This document shows, piece by piece, positions 52,209 through 64,000 of a DNA stretch of 64,000 bases. The notes beneath the pieces are model-generated. The model made no database searches. It had not been told where the DNA came from and saw only the letters and a list, made by a program, of their open reading frames with translations. Each line of letters starts with the position of its first letter. Positions within the stretch are counted from its first letter, which is position 1. Source of the DNA: the human T2T-CHM13v2.0 reference genome, Homo sapiens; the NCBI RefSeq assembly GCF_009914755.1, contig NC_060926.1; one strand, given 5' to 3'. The position numbers and the translations under genes are program-made.

Positions 52209-53414
52209 AATATATATGTATATACATGTATATACATATATACGTATATATACACATATATATGTATATACATATATACATATATAAATATATATGTATA
52301 TACGTATATACATATATAAATATATATGTGTATATACCATATATATGTGTGTATATGATAAGTGGGACCTAATTAAACAAAATAGCTTTTGCACAGCAAA
52401 AGAAACTATCAACATTGAATTTTACAAACATATATATATGGTGTGTATATATATATGTGTGTATACATATATATGTGTATATATGTGTGTATACATATAT
52501 ATGTGTATACATATATATGTGTATATATGTGTGTATACATATATATGTGTATACATATATATGTGTATACATATATATGTGTATATATGTGTGTATACAT
52601 ATATATGTGTATATATGTGTGTATACATATGTGTATATATGTGTGCATACATATATATGTGTATATATGTGTGCATACATATATATGTGTATATATGTGT
52701 GCATACATATATATGTGTATATCTGTGTGCATACATATATATGTGTATATCTGTGTGCATACATATATATGTGTATATCTGTGTGCATACATATATATGT
52801 GTATATCTGTGTGCATACATATATATGTGTATATCTGTGTGCATACATATATATGTGTATATCTGTGTGCATACATATATATGTGTATATCTGTGTGCAT
52901 ACATATATATGTGTATATCTGTGTGCATACATATATATGTGTATATCTGTGTGCATACATATATATGTGTATATCTGTGTGCATACATATATATGTGTAT
53001 ATCTGTGTGCATACATATATATGTGTATATCTGTGTGCATACATATATATGTGTATATCTGTGTGCATACATATATATGTGTATATCTGTGTGCATACAT
53101 ATATATGTGTATATCTGTGTGCATACATATATATGTGTATATCTGTGTGCATACATATATATGTGTATATCTGTGTGCATACATATATATGTGTATATCT
53201 GTGTGCATACATATATATGTGTATATCTGTGTGCATACATATATATGTGTATATCTGTGTGCATACATATATATGTGTATATCTGTGTGCATACATATAT
53301 ATGTGTATATCTGTGTGCATACATATATATGTGTATATCTGTGTGCATACATATATATGTGTATATCTGTGTGCATACATATATATGTGTATATATGTGT
53401 GCATACATATATAT
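52209..53414. repeat. TA/CA/TG-rich low-complexity tract containing a 28-bp minisatellite (GTGTGCATACATATATATGTGTATATCT)n
   Basis: The diagnostic C recurs every 28 bp from 52723 to 53367 (24 units), flanked by variant units. Confidence 0.97.
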
Positions 53415-53702
53415 GAACAAGACTCCATCTGAAAAACAAAACAAAACAAAAAGTGGTTGTTTCTGGGCTTTCATGACCTGTAAAACTAAAAATCTAGTTG
53501 TCATCAGGATGTTGATCTCACATACAGTGAAAACTCACTCTGAAATATACTAGATCTAGTGTTGTTTAGAGACATAAGTATCATTTAGAACACTTCCTGT
53601 TGCAAGATACTGAAAACTCAAATTAGCTTTCGATTGAACTTACTGTCTCATGTAATTCAACAGTCCTGGGGGAGATAGGACTTTAGCCAAGTATTTATTC
53701 AG

Positions 53703-54025
<323 letters not shown>

Positions 54026-54099
54026 AATTCAGTATTTGAACAATGTAATCAGTTCCAGTTTTTTTCCTCTCTCTATTTCCTGACTTTGTTCAGGCAGAG

Positions 54100-54500
54100 T
54101 CCAGATGTTCTTAGAAGCTGACACCAAGATAAGATTAAACATGCAAGGAGAGGTGAAAAGTGAAAAGTGCCTGTGTGAAAGCAAATAGTGAGTCAGCTGG
54201 GAGTGTCCAAAAAGCCATTAAACCCCAGTACTGCAAACAGAGTGGGGGTGAGTAAAGGTGTCCTAGCAGCTGTGCAAGTGAAAGAAGGCTCAACTAAGTT
54301 TTTTGGAAGTTTTTAAACTAAAGTTAACTAACAAAAGAGTTTTATATCTCTTAGGAACTCAGTCATTGATGGGAAGCTGTCCTTGGGAGGCAAGATGTTG
54401 GCCTCCCAAGATGTTGCCACAAATGAATCTCAAAGTGAACACCTGAGGCTGTCTCTCAGGTGTGTTCCTGAGAATGCAAGAGCATTCTCATGGCTAACCT
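54100..54500 (-). mobile_element. Old ERVL-type LTR (LTR16/LTR40-like)
   Basis: 'gttcttagaagctgacaccaagataagatt', 'tgcctgtgtgaaagcaaat'; family recalled only loosely. Confidence 0.4.
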
Positions 54501-55066
54501 AGGCAGATTCTTTTGTGGCACACCAAGATGATTGACAATAGAGATTGGAACTGGGTACATTGTCATTAATATTTATTGGGAAATAAAAAGAAAGTCTACT
54601 TCCTCAAATGTTCAAGATTTAGATTTGGATCTCATTAACCATATTAAATACCTGTTAATGTACCTAATATTGACCTACTCACTGTGGCGGGGGTTTCAAT
54701 AAAATTACTGGCTTAAGGTCAAGAGGGCGTCCCCTAGAACTGAAAGTCTTTCCTTTTACCTGTTAAGTTGCTTTTGACTGCATGTGAGAGAGACTTCAAC
54801 GCAAATTAGCTTTAACAATAAAGATGTTTATCTTATATAATAGAAAGTCAGGTATGGGTGGATTTCAGACATGATTCAAATAAAATATTGGATCCATATC
54901 TCTGACATTCTGCCGATGTTACGTTTATTATTAGGCTAACTTCCCGTGAACTTTCAAGATGACTAATAGCAACAACTGAGGCAAAAATGCTCCGCTTGTT
55001 CAAATCAAGCATTAGAAACAGAAAACTTCTCCACTAATTGTGGAAGGAAAGATGTTCCTTTCAGCC

Positions 55067-56154
55067 TGTTTGGTTTGTGCTGCTATAATGTAATACCACA
55101 GACTGGGTAATTTATAATGAACAGAAATTTATTAGCTCACAGTTCTGGAGGCTGGGCAGTCCAAGATTAAGAGGCTGGCATTAGGTGAGGGCCTTCTTGC
55201 TGCATCATAATACGAGGCAGGCATCACATAGTGGCAGGGCATAAAGAGAGAGAGCAAGAGGGGGCAAACCCACTCCCATGATAACAAACTCACTTTCATA
55301 ATAAAAATCCAATTTCATGATGATGGCATTAGTCTATGAATGAGATAGAGCCCTCATGATCTAAACACCTCTTAAAGGTCCTGATATGGACCAGGAGGAA
55401 GGTAAATACTGGGTAGAAGAAGGTGGTTCCCTGGCAAAGGCCCCACCCTCAAGCCTGGAAACCCGTGGCCCTAAATGGGAACAGGTATTCCTGTTTTCGC
55501 ACCAAAATGTTGCCTTTTCCAAGACCTCCCTGGCCCACTACACCCCTATCATGTGACCATATAAACCCCAAGCTCCACTGGCAGAGTGGCAGAGCAGCAC
55601 AGCACAGAAGGAGAGAAGAGAAGGAGCATCTGAAGGTCGAGGGGAGATCAGCCACAGGGTGGTCAAACTCCAGGGGAAGATCATCTTCCCACTCCAGCTC
55701 CCCATCCACCGCCTCCTGAGAGCCACCTCTATCACTCAATAAAATCCCTGTATTCACCATTCTTCAAGTCTGTGTGACCTATTCTTCCTGGATGCTGGTC
55801 AAGGACCTGGGTACCAAGAGGGCAGGATGTAAAAGGCTGTCACCCTGACTCTTCACTGAGCTGGGTAGCAGTTAGCTGTCTGAAGAAGGCAAAGCTAAAA
55901 GAGCATTGTAACATCTCTAGACACTGCCGTGCGGCTGGAGCCCAAAAGCACTTGCCCCGGCTCACCTCCGTGCTCCCTCTTCCATAAGGGGTTTAAGTAT
56001 GCAGTGACTGAGTAATCAAGCCACCCCCTTCATGAGGAGTGCTGTGAAAGGGTCAAAGGAGTTCTTCCATCTCAGTCTTACATCCCAATACTGTTAAAAT
56101 AGCAATTAAATTTCAACATGAGTTATGGAGGAAGCAAACATTCAAACCTTAGCA
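55067..56154 (-). mobile_element. MSTC/MSTD-like LTR interrupted by an LTR1-family element
   Basis: 'taccacagactgggtaatttataatgaacagaaatttattagctcacagttctggaggctggg' ... 'aaatttcaacatgag...acattcaaaccttagca'. Confidence 0.85.
55382..56074 (+). mobile_element. LTR1/LTR27-family ERV1 solo LTR
   Basis: 'tgatatggac...aaatactgggtagaaga...ggcaaaggccccaccctcaagcctgg', TATAAA at ~55560, AATAAA at ~55738, TSD gtcc/gtct. Confidence 0.85.
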
Positions 56155-56350
56155 CCCCTAAGTGGGGGCATATGCTCACTTACATAACTATTCCTGAACA
56201 AACAAGAGCCAGCAGAGGAATGACATGTTCTGTTTGGCTTATACCTGGCTTCTAAAGCAACCACTGAGGAAAGAGATGGGATAACTATGCCTGGGTTAGA
56301 ATAATCAGTTTACAACCTTGAGCTGATGATGAGATCAGCTTCATGGGCCA

Positions 56351-57513
56351 TGTGAGTATTAATTTTATGTGTAAACTTGACTAGGCTATGGTACCCAGTT
56401 GTTTGGTCAAGCACCAGTTAAGGTTTGCTGCAAAGACAGTTTTTAGATGTGATTCACATTTAGAGCCAATAGAGTTTGTGTAAAGCAGATGACCCTCCAC
56501 AATGCAGATGGGCCTTAGCCAATCAGTTGCAGGCCTTAGAGCAAAGACTGCAGTTTCCTCAATGTGATGGTTAATTGTAGATGTCACGTTAATTGGATTA
56601 AGGAATACCTGGAGAACTGGTAAAGCATTATTTTGGGGTCTGGATGTGGAGGTGTTTCCAGAGGAGATTGGCATGTGAAGTTGAGTAGATTAAGTGGGGG
56701 AAGATCTACCCTCAATGAATGCAGGCACCATCCAATTGGCTGAAGGCTCAAATGGAACATAAAAGCAGAGAGAAAATTCTTTTCTGGTACAGATTTGTCT
56801 TCTGTCCCTGGACATAAGAACATAGACTCTCTGGCCTTGAAACTTCAGGGTTTACACCAGCACCCATCCCTCCTGTGTTTGGTTCTCAGGCTTTTGGCTT
56901 TAGGCTGACAATTGTGCCATTGGCTTCCCTGATTCTGAGGGTTACTGAGGCTTGTGTACTTGGGCTGAGCCATGCTACAATCATGCCAGGGTCTCCAGCT
57001 TGCTGATGACCTGTTGTGAGACTTCTCAGCTCCATAATCATGTGAGACAATTCCCCTAATAAATTCTTATGTATCTGTATCTGTTATCTATCATCTATCT
57101 ATCTGTCTGTCTGTCTGTCTGTCTATCTATCATCTATTTATCTAAGCTATCTATTATCTATCTCTATCTATCATCTATTTATCTATCATCAATCATCTGT
57201 TCATCCCACTGGTTCCCTCTCTTTGGAGAACCCTAACGAATATACCTAAGAAGAAACAATTCTACCTCAAAACTACAACATAAAATATTGCCTGGGCTTC
57301 CATCTTGCTGGCTTGCCTTGCAGATTTCCGACTCAATACTGCATCAACTCTTACCTGAATTTCCAGCTTGCCAATTTGCCCTACATATTTCAGACTGGCC
57401 AGCCCCCACAATCACATGAGCAAATTCCTGAAAATTAATCTCTCTCTCTCTCTCTCTCTCTCTGAAGATATCTCCTATTGGTTCTGTTCCCCTAGAGAAC
57501 CCTCACTAATACA
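56351..57513 (+). mobile_element. MLT2C/D LTR (outer) split by a nested MLT2B
   Basis: 'tgtgagtattaattttatgtgtaaacttgactaggc' ... 'gagaaccctcactaataca'; perfect TSD GGCCA (56346-50 / 57514-18). Confidence 0.88.
56563..57244 (+). mobile_element. MLT2B-like LTR (inner) with a (TCTA/TCTG)n tract
   Basis: 'tgtgatggttaattgtagatgtca' ... 'ggagaaccctaacgaatata'; near-TSD ctcaa/cctaa. Confidence 0.85.
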
Positions 57514-58978
57514 GGCCACATGGAGGATGATTGAATTCTTCAACAGATTTTGAGTCCTATGAGTAGAAAGGAAGAAATGAATGCAAGGTCATCAATGGTA
57601 GCACTCATTACACTATTGTAATACCACAGTCAGCCAATTAATTCAGAGAGGAAGGTAGAACAGCTGATGGGAAGGATGACAACAAATAGCCCTACAACAA
57701 TTTAGATTTTTCACTGTCCGTTTCTGGTTGATAATATGCTTAAACATTTACCTTAGTAAATTCTGGTAACTTAAGACTTGCTGATCTTAAAAAAGACCAT
57801 ATAGATTTCAATATCAAAACAATTAAAAATGGATACACTAATTTATCTATTTTTTTTGAGTCCTAGGGCATGCAAATACACAGTCTTAGTGTTTTGACAC
57901 ATTTGACACATGATTCAAAGACTAATTTGACACATTGATCATTTGTGAAAGAAAAGAGAAATGTAACTAGGATTTAAACAAATTAAATAAACTACAAACG
58001 TATTAAGCTGTGTATGTTCTTTAAAATTGTGTATTATTGCCATTATTATTTGATTTTATGATGACTAAATCATTTTCTCTCAATTAATCATCATTTTAGG
58101 CTTAGATCCTTTATGGAGCCAGCACACACACGTCAGGCAAAAGGCATATACTTCACACCTTGAAGAGAAGACAGGGCCTTATCTACTTATACTTTTCATC
58201 TAGTCCTCAACTTGCTGCTTCTTCCCCTTGACCTTGGTGATTCCTAAGACAGGTCAGTGGTACAGAATTTGACAGTGTCTTATGTAATGAAGTGAATTTT
58301 TCAGGATGAATCCTAAGTAATCACCAGCTCATCTGTGTCCAGTCACACCTATTTTCCTAAAAAATTTCATTTCCTCCTGCTGAATGCACAGTCATTGCTC
58401 CAGTGTTTATTCCCTGATCTCAAAAAGGAGATTTCCATTAGATTTCAGCAGTTGCTTCATATTGCACCATACTGACTGGCAATAGTCTCTATGGCTAGAA
58501 GACAAAATAACCCAGAATCTGGTTTCTCAGATCAGACCAGGTTTCAGTTCAAATGCTCACTGTCCTCCTGGAGAATGCCTTAGGCTAACTTCCTTCTTTT
58601 TATTTTCCTGATTAACCCATCTTGTTTCTGGCAAAAAATAACAGAGCTAGTATAAGTGAGATTTTGTAAGTGGATATTAAATCTTGAGGTTATTGTATTA
58701 CGAGAGTATTTCCTGAGCTGTGAAATAATTTACTAATGAATACAAAGTAGAAATGCATTGCATGAAATCCTATCAATATGGTATGAAGTATTATCAGGGT
58801 TCAGGGAACCAAGAATTTCTGCTTTAAGCTACTTTTTAAAATTTTATGAGACAGTGATGACAGCACAGGAAAAACCAACTAAATCAGTTAGTTTTTAGTT
58901 TTTAAGTATCCTATCAAGCAAATATAGTCAGCTATAAATTTCAAGAACAATAATTTTAAATGAAGAAAAGAAATTAAC

Positions 58979-59150
58979 CTAACATTTATTAGGCACTTAC
59001 TATGTGCCAGACACTGTGCTAAATGATTTTATTTCTCTCAATATCCTTATTTTACCAGTGTGGAAACAGAGGCTCAAAAAAGTGAAGCAGCCTGCCCAGT
59101 TTCAAACCAGGGTCAATCTTCTAAGCCTGTGATTTTCCCCCTACAACCTG
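58979..59150 (-). mobile_element. MIR SINE
   Basis: 'taacatttattaggcacttactatgtgccagacactgtgctaa', 'ggaaacagaggctca'. Confidence 0.8.
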
Positions 59151-59254
59151 CTGAGCTAAATTTTCCAACACCTTTGCCACAGTAAAATGTGTTTCACGGT
59201 GAATCCCCAGGTTAATAGGGTAATCATTTTCAGAGAGGACAGGACAAGTTATCT

Positions 59255-59455
59255 AGTTATTGAATACCTAGTTTTTACTAGGTGCTGTGCTGGATAGCAC
59301 ATACAGTTTCATATTCAGCATCTCACAATTCCCATTTTTCTAGATGAGGAAGCTAGAGTTTGAGAAGATAGGTAATAAGCCCAAGATCACATGGCTGAGT
59401 GGAGGAGCAAGACATTCAAGCCAGGTACCTGTGCCCCATTTCTCTACACCATGCA
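59255..59455 (-). mobile_element. MIR SINE
   Basis: 'cccatttttctagatgaggaagctagag', 'gcccaagatcacatggct', 'attcaagccagg'. Confidence 0.75.
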
Positions 59456-60044
59456 AAAGCTTAATCACTTTGGGTTAAAGTGTATAGGACTACAATACGC
59501 CATGGCTATTAGGACTGAGTTATTAGAACCTTGCATATCATTTTGCAAAACAGTAAAGCACCTAGGTGCAATTAATGACAAGAACATGGGACAGACATAT
59601 ATAAATTCATAGACTGAGAAACTTATTGGGTCCTTCTTTCCCCACTTGTAAATAGACTGGGAGAGTGGGTTTGGGAAAAGTGGTTTAGAAAATGCTCCAC
59701 ATCCTTGTGTTCATAAAGCCAAGATAGTTAAGTATTAATCCTGCTGAATAATCTATTTTTCTCCCTGCATATTCCTTGCCCTCTCTTATATGATGTCAAT
59801 GTCAGGGCATTTTCAGTGTGAAATAACAATTATAAAATAACTAGAATCTTCCTTACACTGTATTAAGCTATCTGGCCTTGTTTAGCATTACTGTGTAAAT
59901 GACACATTAATAAGAATGTCTTAGGTATATTTCAATTGTTACTCATTTTTTAGCAAGGTCTGAAAGTTGTGTTAATATCTTTCTATATTAATAACTCTCA
60001 TTAAGATGGGTAGTTTTAATGATGCTAACAATTTCCTTTCAGTT

Positions 60045-60260
60045 TATTTCAGTTCAACAAATATTTATTGGACATCTATTGTATCTCAGGTACTGGGCTA
60101 ATGGACTAAAGGCTGGAGATGTCTAGATGAGCAGAGCAGTGCTTGTTCACCTGCTCTTCAGGTGGTGGGTGGATAAACAGATGGCTCCCACTTGCTAGGA
60201 TAAGAGGTAAGATGGAGGAGGGCACAGAGAGATAGGAATGTATATGTACCAGACTTCTCT
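60045..60260 (-). mobile_element. L2 3' end
   Basis: 'ttcaacaaatatttattggacatctattgtatctcaggtactgggcta'. Confidence 0.6.
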
Positions 60261-60413
60261 GGAGCAGATGACACAGATTTCCAATTTATGGATTTGCTCA
60301 TGGCTCAGCCTCTCTGTGGCCATTACCTCTTAGCAAAAGAGGACACATGTATGATAGACTGTACTTCCTTGCACACATTATTTCCATGTTTATGTCTTTC
60401 CTGGGTAACTTGG

Positions 60414-60690
60414 TGTATTAGTCTGTTTTCACGCTGCTGACAAAGACATACCCAAGACTGAGAAGAAGAGGTTTTAATGGACTTACAGTTCCACGTGGCT
60501 GGGGAGGCCTCACAATCATGGCAGAAGGTAAAAGCATCTCACATGGTGGCAGACAAGAGGAGAGAGCTTGTGCAGGGAAACTCCCATTTTTAAAACCATC
60601 AGATCTCATGAGATTTACTCATCATCATAAAAATAGCATGAGAAACACTGGCACCCATGATTCAATGACCTCCCAATGACCTCCAATTGG
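60414..60690 (-). mobile_element. THE1A/B LTR, 5'-truncated
   Basis: 'tgtattagtctgttttcacgctgctgacaaagacataccc', 'gcttgtgcagggaaactccc'; breaks off after 'acctccaattgg'. Confidence 0.9.
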
Positions 60691-60692
60691 CC

Positions 60693-60886
60693 TGGTATCA
60701 GAATTGTACATGATCACTTTCGCCATATTCTATTAACCAAAACAAGTCACAAGGCCAGGGCTAATTCAACAAGTGGGGAAATGGACTGTATTTGTTGATG
60801 GGAGGAGTTGGAAAGTTACAAAGCAAGGACATATAAATATAGTGAGAAGAATAGTTGCAGTCATATTGGCAAATAATCTATTACAC
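60693..60886 (-). mobile_element. MLT1J-like LTR fragment
   Basis: 'tcactttcgccatattctatt...aaacaagtcacaaggccag', 'ttgatgggaggag'. Confidence 0.65.
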
Positions 60887-63800
60887 ATTATCAAAAGGGC
60901 AAGTACTTTTACTTTTGACAAAGAAATCCTAAGTCTAGGCATCTAACCCACAGAAGACATATGAAAAAAATTATATGTATAAAAGTATTCATTGGAACAC
61001 TATTTATTGCCTTCTAGCAAAAGAGGAAGCCGCCCAGTAGTCCATTAACAGTGAATTGATTCCATAAACTATGCTGCATCCACACAATGGCATACTGAAT
61101 AGGGGTATATCTGAAACAGAAGTGCCCAGGAGATGAATATTGTTGAAGCTATTCATTATGTTTTTCTCTCTACTTTCATATATGTATGAAGTTTTTCATA
61201 ATGAAAGGAAAAGTAAAAGAACCTAATTTATTTTTTTCCATGACCAAATAGAAACAAAACTAGAAAATGAAATGAAATAGAAAATGAAGCCCACTACTTA
61301 GTTTGTGTCAGAGAGTAATGCCATGTCTCCGAGAGGTAAGAGGTAAGCTATTTACATCTCCAGCACTGTAAACAATTTAGCAGCATTCAAAAAATACTCA
61401 TCAAAATTCTAGTTTTCTTGGCTAAGGGAAAGTTCTTTTAGTCAGCAAGGCTGAAAGCACCTCCCTAGGGGTACAAATGTTATAGGGAAGAAATAATTGC
61501 ATGTTCAGAGTAAATACTCTCCAACTTTCTACAGCCTGCATCTTGTTAAATAAACTACTTGAATGACGTTTTAGAAACAGAAGCTGATCTAAAAAATATA
61601 GTTCTCCTTTTGACATTTTTTTCTTTGCCTTTGCAATATTAGCACTTTGTTCAAAAAATAAACTATTTAAGAACCCAAGTACCCAAAAGTTCAGGTTTTA
61701 TTCTGAACATGTTAGTAAATTGCCCATAGATTTTCCCAAAATAAACCTGATTGTCATACCTTAAGTTTCATAAAGAGCTGCTGTCATCCAACTATTTGAA
61801 AAATAGTTCCAACCACAGAAGTTGCTGGAAAACATCAAAGGTGCCATTTATTTAAGGGGAAAAACATTTCCTCTTTGAGTTCTTCTGTGTTTGGGTTGAG
61901 GAGCGGAACTCTGCTGTCATCCTACATTTGGAATGGGAATTTATTCTGAGGACTGGGTAAGGGCCTGTAGATGTGTTAGACCAATCAATAGCGTTTGCCA
62001 AATTATCCTTCTGGACCCGAAATGCTGAAAATTATCATTTCTGGGGAGTCTCTAATCATAGTCTACATTATTTAACTTGTTTTTGTAGTTATGAAGGAGT
62101 ACAATGAGCAGACAGCAAGAAGGCTCATATTAAGGTGACATGGAGCTTTCTTAACCATTTGCAACTGATTTCTTGACTTACTATGCTATTGAAACTTTTA
62201 ATGATTATCAGATTGTATAGCTTCTTCTCAGTGTTTCTTTTCAGCTGAGTTGTCATTTAAATATTACTTTTTAAATCAATTTGTCATTATTAGATCACCA
62301 GGAACTTCCTTTATTTGTTTATAAACTCCCTCTACTCCCATTGCTCATCCCACACCCTCTATGGATGTCTCAGGCATGTCTATGGCTTAGCCTTTACCTC
62401 CATGGAGGGGATATCTACATCCATAGGACCAGTAGTTCTTATCTGGAGCCTCCCAAGAGTGAATCTCTCTGCTGAAATGAGTCTTTTTGTAATCTTGTGG
62501 GGTACTCACCCAATTTTTTGGTTAGTAAAATGAAAGTTAGGTAAGAACACAGCATGAAGTAACAATTTCCCTCTTCTCCTGCATATCACAGAAAGGAAAT
62601 AAGACTTAGAAAAAGAAAGCCACATTAGCTTTCTTTGCAGAAAGCAAGAGCTGCAAGATTGGAGGAAGACAGGGTGGAGAAGTGCAATAACTGGGCAGAA
62701 AGGAGTTACCCAAAGAATATCCACTGCTTTCGATTCCATTCTTTCTCAGACATAAATTGCAGGCCTAGCAAGTCCTAATAAGAACTAAAATAAAATAGTG
62801 GTGTAGCTTCTGACTGGTGGGTGTCCCCTGTTTTTTTCTTGAGTACAGCTCCTAGAAAATAACAAGTTTCTCTCTAAATTTGAAGTCTATGCTCATATTT
62901 GGTCCAAGAGAAACTCCTTTGCTTAATGATTTAAACAAACAATCATAAGGATTCTATATCCACTTTCTCCTTCACAAGCTTGCCTGTGTGACTGAGGCAT
63001 CTTTCTTGATTATGGTGAATTCTTTAACACACAGATGACCAATTAGCAACTCTCATATTTAGATAAAAATGACTTACATAGTTAAGAATTTTCAATTAGA
63101 ATTTTAAATTGGGATATGCATTCTTCAGTTAGCCACAAGTAATATTTCTCCCTATTAATTTCACACATTTCACCTATTGATTTCACGATTTCTATTGCCT
63201 TTCTAATCCCTGAAGGCATTTGAACTGTTTGACTTAGGTTAAGTAAAACAGTCTTCAGAAAAGGACAGAACAGAATGTAACTGTTATCTGTTGTTTTATC
63301 TTATTCTAACTTATCAGCCTTGCTCCTTCATCTAAGCTAGGGAGCACATTTTAGCTACTCTTGATTATATGTAATTTGAATACTTATATTCCATTTTATT
63401 TCAACATTTATTTGGTGTAATCCTTCTTCTCTCAAAGATACAGTAAACTCAAACAAAGATTTTACACCACCATTTTCTTTCTTTCTTTGTCTTTGATCAT
63501 CAAAAACACAAGATTAAATTTCTTTTCCCCAGGATGCCTTGAGAATGTTTCAAGATAAAACATTATTGTTAGAAAATTTATTATTTATTTTTCTCTGAAA
63601 TAGCTTCAATGCTTATCAAATAAGTTCAAGTCATAAAATAGTTCCTGATGTTTATCAGTTGTTAGAACACAATTTGCCACACTCTTATGGTGTTAGTGGC
63701 CTTTTTGACCTGAGGCCACTCTTTATTTTGAACATTTTATTTCCTGGAGAGACTGTGGATGAAAAACAGTTTCGTTATTTTAGAACCCAAAACATCCTGG

Positions 63801-64000
63801 TTTCTATCTATTTCCTATAAATTCCGATTGAAAGCAAACTAAATAGTTTTTCTTCTTCTTTTCTTTTTTTAAGTAACTTCTTATACATAGTTGTCATATG
63901 TTGTTATTTTCTAGGAGCTGCACTCAAGAAGAAAACAGGGGACACCCACCAGTTAGAAGCTACACCATTTGGCATGTTTGACATTCTGCCTGGGAAATTC

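Noticed and set aside
52697-53414. 28-bp direct repeats as a CRISPR-like array
   Set aside because: Units are head-to-tail with no unique spacers, there are no cas genes, and the context is primate.
52294-53553. Six long overlapping ORFs (329-419 aa, Cys/Tyr/His/Ile-rich), open in all frames
   Set aside because: Artefact of the purine-pyrimidine alternating repeat. Stop codons need T followed by two purines, which this 28-bp unit never provides on either strand.

Overview
AT-rich primate (catarrhine, probably human or ape) nuclear DNA that is intergenic or deep-intronic. It is dominated by fossil transposable elements: 6 Alus, several L1 families including a ~8 kb minus-strand L1PB-type copy carrying five later insertions, a full-length THE1D MaLR provirus with a perfect 5-bp TSD, many solo LTRs (THE1, MST, MLT1, MLT2, ERV1-type), and DNA transposons (MER1A, MER5, MER6, Tigger4a). 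I recognise no protein-coding gene, RNA gene, CpG island or CRISPR array, and almost all listed ORFs are repeat-derived artefacts. Repeat subfamily names come from my recall of consensus sequences and need RepeatMasker/Dfam confirmation. I found no convincing new biological system. The most unusual signals are local rearrangement scars: a 53-bp inverted near-identical copy of a nearby L1 segment inside a TA microsatellite next to a very homogeneous 28-bp VNTR, and an ancient ~550-bp tandem duplication with a templated MLT2 insert. There are also a few candidate exons, one small ORF and some enhancer-like motif clusters in the unique sequence.
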